Source: Syntrophales bacterium (lineage in GTDB: Bacteria; Desulfobacterota; Syntrophia; Syntrophales; UBA2210). From it: a DNA stretch of 64,000 nucleotides. The notes under the pieces were generated by a model that saw nothing but the letters and a program-made list of their open reading frames with translations, was not told the DNA's origin and searched no databases. A program made the position numbers and the translations under genes. Below, one piece after another: positions 58,505-64,000 of this stretch (positions are counted from its first letter, which is position 1; every line of letters begins with the position of its first letter). Location: contig CAXXKT010000001.1 in assembly GCA_963662405.2 (NCBI GenBank), positions 2,722,542 to 2,786,541 of the forward strand, read 5' to 3'.

Positions 58505-59584
58505 TTAATCCCTCTTCAGATTGCAACGGTAATAGGTGCTGCTGATCGCTTTTCCCACCTCATCCGGAGTTGAAACGATCCCCCCCGGCCGACCGTAGAA
58601 GTGTACGTTACTTCTTCCCTCGAGTGCGAGGCGTACATCATCGATCATCTGCCCGGTGTTCATTTCAAAAACCATAAAATCCCTCACCAGTCTGCTTGTC
58701 TCCCGAATGACATGATCGGGAAACGGCCACAGGGTTACCGGCCGCAGGAGTCCCACCTTGAGCCCCATCTCCCGGGCCCTTTTGATCCCACCCCGGGCTA
58801 TCCGGGCCGCGGTTCCGTAGGCTATGACCACAAGCCGGGCGTCCTCCGTCATGTATGTTTCCGCACTGGGGATCTCAGAGGAGATGATCTTGTACTTTCG
58901 CGCGAGTTTCCAGTTGTGTTCCTCCATTTCCACCGTGTCGAGGATCAGAGACCGAATGATCCTGCTCGATCTCTGACACGCTCCGTCCAGCACCCATGGT
59001 CTGGCGGGCAATTCGTCGAGAGCGACGGGGTCGGGGAATACAACGGGTTCCATCATTTGACCCATCATGCCGTCGGCCAGGATCATGACCGGTGTCCGGT
59101 ACTGATCGGCGTATTCGAATGCCTTCCGTGTCAAATCGGCAATTTCCTGCCCGTGTGCCGGCGCCAGCACTATGGATCGGTAATCACCGTGCCCGCCTCC
59201 CCGCGTGGCCTGAAAATAATCTCCTTGGGAAGGGGCGATGTTCCCGAGACCAGGACCTCCCCGCATAACGTTGATGATCACCGCGGGAAGCTCCTGCGCC
59301 GCAAGAAATGATATCCCTTCCTGCTTCAGGCTAATTCCCGGACTGGATGAACTGGTCATTGCACGGGCCCCCGCCATGGACGCCCCGATCACCATATTGA
59401 TGGCTGCTATCTCGCTCTCGGCCTGGATAAAGGTGCCACCCTGCAGGTGAGGCATGGCGCCTGCCATAAATTCGGGAAGTTCGTTCTGCGGCGTTATAGG
59501 GTACCCCGCATAAAAGCGACAACCGGCACGTATCGCCGCCTCACCGATCACTTGACTGCCGCGCATGAGTTGTTTGTTATCCAC
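58505..59584 (-). CDS. vorB: 2-oxoacid (2-oxoisovalerate-type) ferredoxin oxidoreductase alpha subunit
   Basis: GYPITPQ, QAESEIAA, SSSPGISLKQE, RGGPGLG, GGGHGDY. Confidence 0.88.
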   Translation of the reverse strand: MDNKQLMRGSQVIGEAAIRAGCRFYAGYPITPQNELPEFMAGAMPHLQGGTFIQAESEIAAINMVIGASMAGARAMTSSSSPGISLKQEGISFLAAQELPAVIINVMRGGPGLGNIAPSQGDYFQATRGGGHGDYRSIVLAPAHGQEIADLTRKAFEYADQYRTPVMILADGMMGQMMEPVVFPDPVALDELPARPWVLDGACQRSSRIIRSLILDTVEMEEHNWKLARKYKIISSEIPSAETYMTEDARLVVIAYGTAARIARGGIKRAREMGLKVGLLRPVTLWPFPDHVIRETSRLVRDFMVFEMNTGQMIDDVRLALEGRSNVHFYGRPGGIVSTPDEVGKAISSTYYRCNLKRD

Positions 59585-59810
59585 GGTAAACCTCTATTGC
59601 GATATCAGGGCAGATAACCGCACAGAGGGCACATCCCGTGCATGAACGGTTTCCGCAGGCCCCAGTGAACTGCGCGGGATGATACCCCTTCTCATTCAAT
59701 GTATCGGCAATGGTAATGCATTCATTCGGGCACACCGAAATGCAGAGATAACAACCCTTACAGAGTGTGTCGTCAATAACGATTCGGCCTTTTGTGGGAT
59801 TTGCGGTCAT
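59577..59810 (-). CDS. 2[4Fe-4S] ferredoxin (delta subunit)
   Basis: CKGCYLCISVCP and CTGCALCAVICP. Confidence 0.93.
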   Translation of the reverse strand: MTANPTKGRIVIDDTLCKGCYLCISVCPNECITIADTLNEKGYHPAQFTGACGNRSCTGCALCAVICPDIAIEVYRG

Positions 59811-59896
59811 TCTTCCTTGTTGCTCCGTGAGTCTCGGATCGTTCTGCTTATTTGCCCCTGAGCCGGCGATGTAAATTCCCTTCGCCTTCTATGCCT

Positions 59897-60556
59897 TCAG
59901 CCCTGTTTTGTCAAGGAGGTGAGAGCGCCGTCTTTCTCCTCGACCCCGTCCCGGCTCATTGTTGCCTCCGTTTCGTCGCTTGTAATCCGTTTGTATTCCG
60001 ATAATTCCGCAGCGCAGGTATCGGGCCCGAGGCGCAACGCAACCTCTTCGGGTGAGAAGGGACAGGAGTGAAAAATGTGATTCTCCAAGTCTTTTGTCTT
60101 CTCACCGAGGGTTTGGATATAGGTTCTGCGGTCAGGTTCCGTGCCGTACCGCTCCATGATATATGCCATCCGCCGCGCAAGTGTTGTTACTGCGTCGTGA
60201 ACTACCCGCTTATCGGCGTAATTAACCACCTCTGCCTCCGTTGGAAGGGTGGCTGCAAAATATTCATCAAGAAGGACGTGCTGTCCGACGATTATCCCTA
60301 CCTCCGGATATCCCAGATCAACAAGCAGCTCTTTCCCCGTTTCAGCGTGGTTTTCATGAGTTCGGATTCCGCGTGTCTTGGTGATGTCGTGAAGTAGGGC
60401 GGCCGCTTGGATCAGATCACGGTTGAGAGATGCGTCCAGCGAGTCTGAGAGGAAGAGGGCGACACGGCAGACCTGGAGAGAGTGGGCCACGATATGATCC
60501 ATCATTTCCATTGCATACATGATGCGGTAACAATCCTGTCGGTTGGGTATTCTCAT
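59897..60556 (-). CDS. HD-domain phosphohydrolase
   Basis: AHSLQV, LLHDITK, NHA, YADKR. Confidence 0.88.
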   Translation of the reverse strand: MRIPNRQDCYRIMYAMEMMDHIVAHSLQVCRVALFLSDSLDASLNRDLIQAAALLHDITKTRGIRTHENHAETGKELLVDLGYPEVGIIVGQHVLLDEYFAATLPTEAEVVNYADKRVVHDAVTTLARRMAYIMERYGTEPDRRTYIQTLGEKTKDLENHIFHSCPFSPEEVALRLGPDTCAAELSEYKRITSDETEATMSRDGVEEKDGALTSLTKQG

Positions 60557-60850
60557 GAACGTCCATCCTTTTCCGGGGATTCTCTAGCAGATACACGGTG
60601 AAAATGCCAGAGAGTTTTTGATGGACCGGTACATCAGGGTGTTAAGGAAGGAATCTTTCCTATTTATTCAGGAACGAGTCAAACAGCTCGTGATGCCCGA
60701 TCGTCCCCGCTCTTTTGAGGAGCAAATCCCGAGGTGTCCCCTGCTGGGTATGTCCGCCTCGAGGTCCAGCGGGTTCAGCGTGCGAATGCAACGACACCTG
60801 CCCGGACTAGGGACCCGTCGGAGGTATTTACAAACCCACGGGGAGCGCGT

Positions 60851-60880
60851 AAAAAAACCGGGAAGCATTGAGCTTCCCGG
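60851..60880 (-). terminator. Intrinsic terminator
   Basis: Minus strand CCGGGAAGC-tcaat-GCTTCCCGG followed by T7. Confidence 0.85.
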
Positions 60881-60980
60881 GAAGGGGAGTTGAACCGATC
60901 ATCGCGGAGAGCAGGCACATGGATCGGCGGTTACAGGGTTTAAGATTGAATCGAAGGAGGTGGGTATCGATTCATCTGCT
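60851..60980 (-). ncRNA. Candidate ~130-nt sigma-54-dependent small RNA
   Basis: Bounded by a -24/-12 promoter and an intrinsic terminator. Two internal hairpins with C/U-rich loops. No credible ORF. Confidence 0.65.
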
Positions 60981-60990
60981 CGTTTATATA

Positions 60991-61006
60991 AGCAATCTAT
61001 GTGCCG
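60991..61006 (-). promoter_or_regulatory. Sigma-54 (-24/-12) promoter
   Basis: CGGCAC-ATAGA-TTGCT on the minus strand, with exact GG-N10-GC spacing (consensus TGGCAC-N5-TTGCW). Confidence 0.75.
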
Positions 61007-61271
61007 GCGTATAATATCCGTGAATTATGCTCGCTAACAATACGGAATGTATCGGAATATTCTTATAGTGCAGGAACGCGCCGCTATGATTGAAGAGATA
61101 ATAATGGGAAGATCTGTCGAATTTCAGCCATAAGCGGGTTAAAATAACACAAAATCGTCGAATCCGTCTCAGTTGCGGAGAACGGGAATCAACGCAATTG
61201 GAGATGCGGAGCACAGCATTGAATCGGCAAGTGCTGGGATAAGGACTCGGTTATCGTTTTAACCTGATTGG

Positions 61272-62981
61272 CTAAAGAGCCAGATTGAGAATCCCCCCGA
61301 CCGCTACGGAAGATACGAGCATGATGGAGACCGATTTCAAAAAATCAGACGGGCCAAGTTCTCTGAGCAAGACAACAAAAGTGGCTATACAGGGGAAGAA
61401 CATCGTCAGGACGACGCTACCGATAACCATCTCTTTGGCAGTCATTGCCGATAGAGCCAACATGCCGAGAGCGGCATCCTTGCGAAGGAATCCAATGACC
61501 ACCGCCGTCACGGATTCTTCGGGGAGTCCCAAGATGCCATGAATGACCGGTGCTGCTATGGCGGCTATATGGTCGAATATCCCCATGGCGAAGAGGATAT
61601 TAATAACCAGCACTGCCACCAAAATGATAGGGACGGCTTCCAGGAGAAATCCGCGAGTTCTCCCCCAGAGTTTGTGTACGATCGTTCCCCATGGGGGAAC
61701 CCGGTAGGGGGGGATCTCAATAAGGAGCTCGGGACTGAATCCCTTTAAGAGCCGATGGAGGAGCATTCCCAGGACAACCCAGACTGCAAAGAGTGTCCCG
61801 TAAACAAGGGCTACATATTGTCCTCCATATTTTCCTACCAGACCGAATATCATAGCCTGGGCGGAGGCACACGGGATGGCTATGCACACCAGTGTCGCCG
61901 CTATGAAACGTTCCCGTCTGCTTTCGAGAACACGGGTTGCCATCACGGCCGGTACGCTGCAACCGAACCCCAAGAGTGCCGGTATAATGGCAAAACCATG
62001 CAGCCCGATCTTGTGCATGGTGGTGTCCAAGAGGACCGCCAGACGCGGGAGATATCCTATGTCCTCGAGGATTCCCAGGATCAGATAGAATGAGATGATG
62101 TAAGGGAGGACCATGGCAAAGGGAACATACAGGCCACTGCTGAGTAGCCCGAAGGATTCGACGAAATCGATCGTCCCATCCATCAGTTTTCCCACAACAA
62201 CATCATGAAAGAGACCCCCTGCACCCATGATCGTGCTCAGTTTCATCAATACCGGTAGCCAGAGGGACTGAAAGAGGGGATCAAGGACGTAATTTATCAG
62301 CGATTCGCCAATGAAGCGTATGATCATGAATGAAATCGCCAGAATCATTGCCGCTATCAGGAGGCCTGTCTTCGGCTTTACGCTCGCGTCCTCCAAACGC
62401 TCGAACCATTTGTGATGGCGGTGAAAGATTTGTTGGACCTGGTCGGTTATTCGACCGACCGTGGTCCACCGCTCATCCCTGTTTTTCGTCAGTGGGGAAG
62501 GGGACGCCGCTTCCGAAATACCGGCTACCAATTCCTTGATTCCCTGTCCGTTGAGCCCTGATGTGGGAATCACCGGTACCCCGAGAAGCTCTCTCATTTT
62601 TTCAAGGTCAATGTCTATTCCTCGATGGCGGGTATCATCCCATAGATTCAGTGCGACAATCATGGGGATATCCATCTCCATCAACTGCAGCGTCAGGTAG
62701 AGGTTCCTCTCAAGATTGGTCGCGTCGACGACATTAATAACGATGTCGCCCATTCCCAGCATTTCAAGGGCGATCTTTTCGGCTTCACAGGTTGGTTCGA
62801 GGGTATAGGTGCCGGGGACATCGATAATTTCAACCTGCTCGCCGTCTATCTTCATGAAACCGGAGGTATAGCTGACGGTAGTCCCCGGATAGTTGGAAGA
62901 AATGACCCGTACACCGGTGAGCCTCGAAAAGATGACGCTTTTACCGACATTCGGGTTCCCCACGAGCAGAATCTTCATCAT
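61272..62981 (-). CDS. feoB: Ferrous iron transporter B
   Basis: GNPNVGKS, NYPGTTV, DVPG, DATNLERNL, GFGCSVPA, PCIAT. Confidence 0.95.
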   Translation of the reverse strand: MMKILLVGNPNVGKSVIFSRLTGVRVISSNYPGTTVSYTSGFMKIDGEQVEIIDVPGTYTLEPTCEAEKIALEMLGMGDIVINVVDATNLERNLYLTLQLMEMDIPMIVALNLWDDTRHRGIDIDLEKMRELLGVPVIPTSGLNGQGIKELVAGISEAASPSPLTKNRDERWTTVGRITDQVQQIFHRHHKWFERLEDASVKPKTGLLIAAMILAISFMIIRFIGESLINYVLDPLFQSLWLPVLMKLSTIMGAGGLFHDVVVGKLMDGTIDFVESFGLLSSGLYVPFAMVLPYIISFYLILGILEDIGYLPRLAVLLDTTMHKIGLHGFAIIPALLGFGCSVPAVMATRVLESRRERFIAATLVCIAIPCASAQAMIFGLVGKYGGQYVALVYGTLFAVWVVLGMLLHRLLKGFSPELLIEIPPYRVPPWGTIVHKLWGRTRGFLLEAVPIILVAVLVINILFAMGIFDHIAAIAAPVIHGILGLPEESVTAVVIGFLRKDAALGMLALSAMTAKEMVIGSVVLTMFFPCIATFVVLLRELGPSDFLKSVSIMLVSSVAVGGILNLAL

Positions 62982-63217
62982 AACGGCTTGTCCACCTCGA
63001 TGAATATCTTAGCAGCCATGCCAAACCCGATGGCAACGCTTGATCGGTCAACTCGAACGGTGACGGGGCCATGGAGCAGCATGGAACTGATCTTGGTTAT
63101 CCTTTTTCCGGTCCTGATCCCAAGGGCGTTCAGGCGATTGATCATCCCCTGTCCTCCCCTGATTTCAGTTATAATACCACTCTCGTCCGGACGGAGGTCA
63201 TTCAAAGATTTAACCAC
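62978..63217 (-). CDS. feoA: FeoA family protein
   Basis: RLNALGIRTG, GPVTV, VAIGFGMA. GTG 63217 preferred. Confidence 0.9.
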   Translation of the reverse strand: MVKSLNDLRPDESGIITEIRGGQGMINRLNALGIRTGKRITKISSMLLHGPVTVRVDRSSVAIGFGMAAKIFIEVDKPL

Positions 63218-63382
63218 TGGTACCGTTGTTTCCTTCCTTGAAACAGTCAGGGGACAGGACCACTCAAGCACAGTCATACCGAAAGCAGCCTGTCCCCTTT
63301 TTGGACATACCAACCCATACACCATCAATCGGTGTAGAAGAGCAAAGTATGCGATGCATGTTAGAACTAAACTGGTGTTTGC

Positions 63383-63583
63383 CTAAGGTTTCGTAACGTT
63401 CTTCGCCTGAAAACCGCGGTCGGTTTCCTCGACGTCAAAGAGTACCTCTTCCCCCTCAACAAGCGTCTTGAAACCATCCATGTTGATTGACGAATAATGC
63501 ACGAATAAATCCTGGCCATCCTCCTGTTGGATAAAACCAAACCCCTTCTTCTCATTAAACCATTTTACAATTCCACTCGCCAA
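63383..63583 (-). CDS. cspA: Cold-shock protein
   Basis: [19 protein letters not shown]. Confidence 0.95.
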   Translation of the reverse strand: MASGIVKWFNEKKGFGFIQQEDGQDLFVHYSSINMDGFKTLVEGEEVLFDVEETDRGFQAKNVTKP

Positions 63584-63648
63584 GACCCTTACCCCCCTTC
63601 TCGAGATTGACGGCGTGACACCTCCTCCATATTGCCTGTCAGGCGAAA

Positions 63649-63676
63649 TCTATACCTATGTGATGCTACCAGTCAA
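63649..63676 (-). promoter_or_regulatory. Possible sigma-70 promoter for the cold-shock gene
   Basis: TTGACT-N16-TATAGA on the minus strand. Confidence 0.35.
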
Positions 63677-63870
63677 GGAAAAATTAACTCATTTCCGTAA
63701 GAAATCACATAATATTAATTTCCTAACGCATATCTCACGCGACGATAGCCTGTCATTCAGAAAAACTTGAGCCTTGCCTTTTTCATGGTCGTATAATAGA
63801 AGAGAGGAGTACCGTAAAGGTGACCTCAAAGAGGGATACATCGAAAATAATGAAAATTCTTCCAACTTGA

Positions 63871-63999
63871 TCAGGTGGACGAGTGGTTTACCAATCGTTT
63901 TGCCGTTACACGGCGGTATGCCGTACGTGAGAGGAGGAATATGAGGAACATCCATGAAATATGAAGGAATGATAATACGACCCCCAAGTGAGGCACGAA
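63871..63999 (-). CDS. Possible 3' end of a membrane protein entering from the right edge
   Basis: Open frame FVPHLGVVLSFLHISWMFLIFLLSRTAYRRVTAKRLVNHSST*, a hydrophobic helix followed by a basic tail. Confidence 0.3.
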   Translation of the reverse strand, partial: FVPHLGVVLSFLHISWMFLIFLLSRTAYRRVTAKRLVNHSST

Positions 64000-64000
64000 G

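Noticed and set aside
60618..61214. Short ORFs in the HD-feoB intergenic region, and a 6S/SRP/tmRNA assignment
   Set aside because: The ORFs lack SDs or motifs and cross the terminator. Signature sequences of 6S, SRP and tmRNA were not found.
63689..63955. 88-aa minus-strand ORF upstream of the cold-shock gene
   Set aside because: No motif, and it competes with an alternative frame entering from the window edge. It cannot be resolved here.

Overview
Bacterial chromosome segment, probably from an anaerobic Desulfobacterota/Syntrophales-type organism (inference from DUF4911, a Vor-type 2-oxoacid:ferredoxin oxidoreductase and a group-X PFK). About 1-48.4 kb is one large, almost entirely minus-strand surface-glycan locus with several stacked modules. 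(i) A Wzx/Wzy/Wzz pathway carrying a GDP-linked legionaminic-acid-type nonulosonate cluster with unusual extras: a second degenerate NeuB, PLP enzyme + ATP-grasp + GNAT where legH is expected, SGNH and CapK. (ii) An ABC-transporter pathway resembling E. coli O8/O9 wzm-wzt-wbdD-wbdA, with gmd and rmd present. (iii) A polyprenol-phosphate-sugar/GT-C decoration module. (iv) A further Wzx at the left edge. The locus is interrupted by a plus-strand three-gene secreted-protein islet (papain-like protease, 19-aa repeat protein, small exported protein) and by an IS200-type element. The right 15 kb is housekeeping: recJ, rpmB, pfk, purNM, vor operon, HD protein, feoAB, cold-shock protein. It also contains a well-formed candidate sigma-54-dependent small RNA (~60851-60980, minus) that displays an anti-Shine-Dalgarno sequence in a hairpin loop. 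All product calls rest on motifs read from the translations; no database searches were run.
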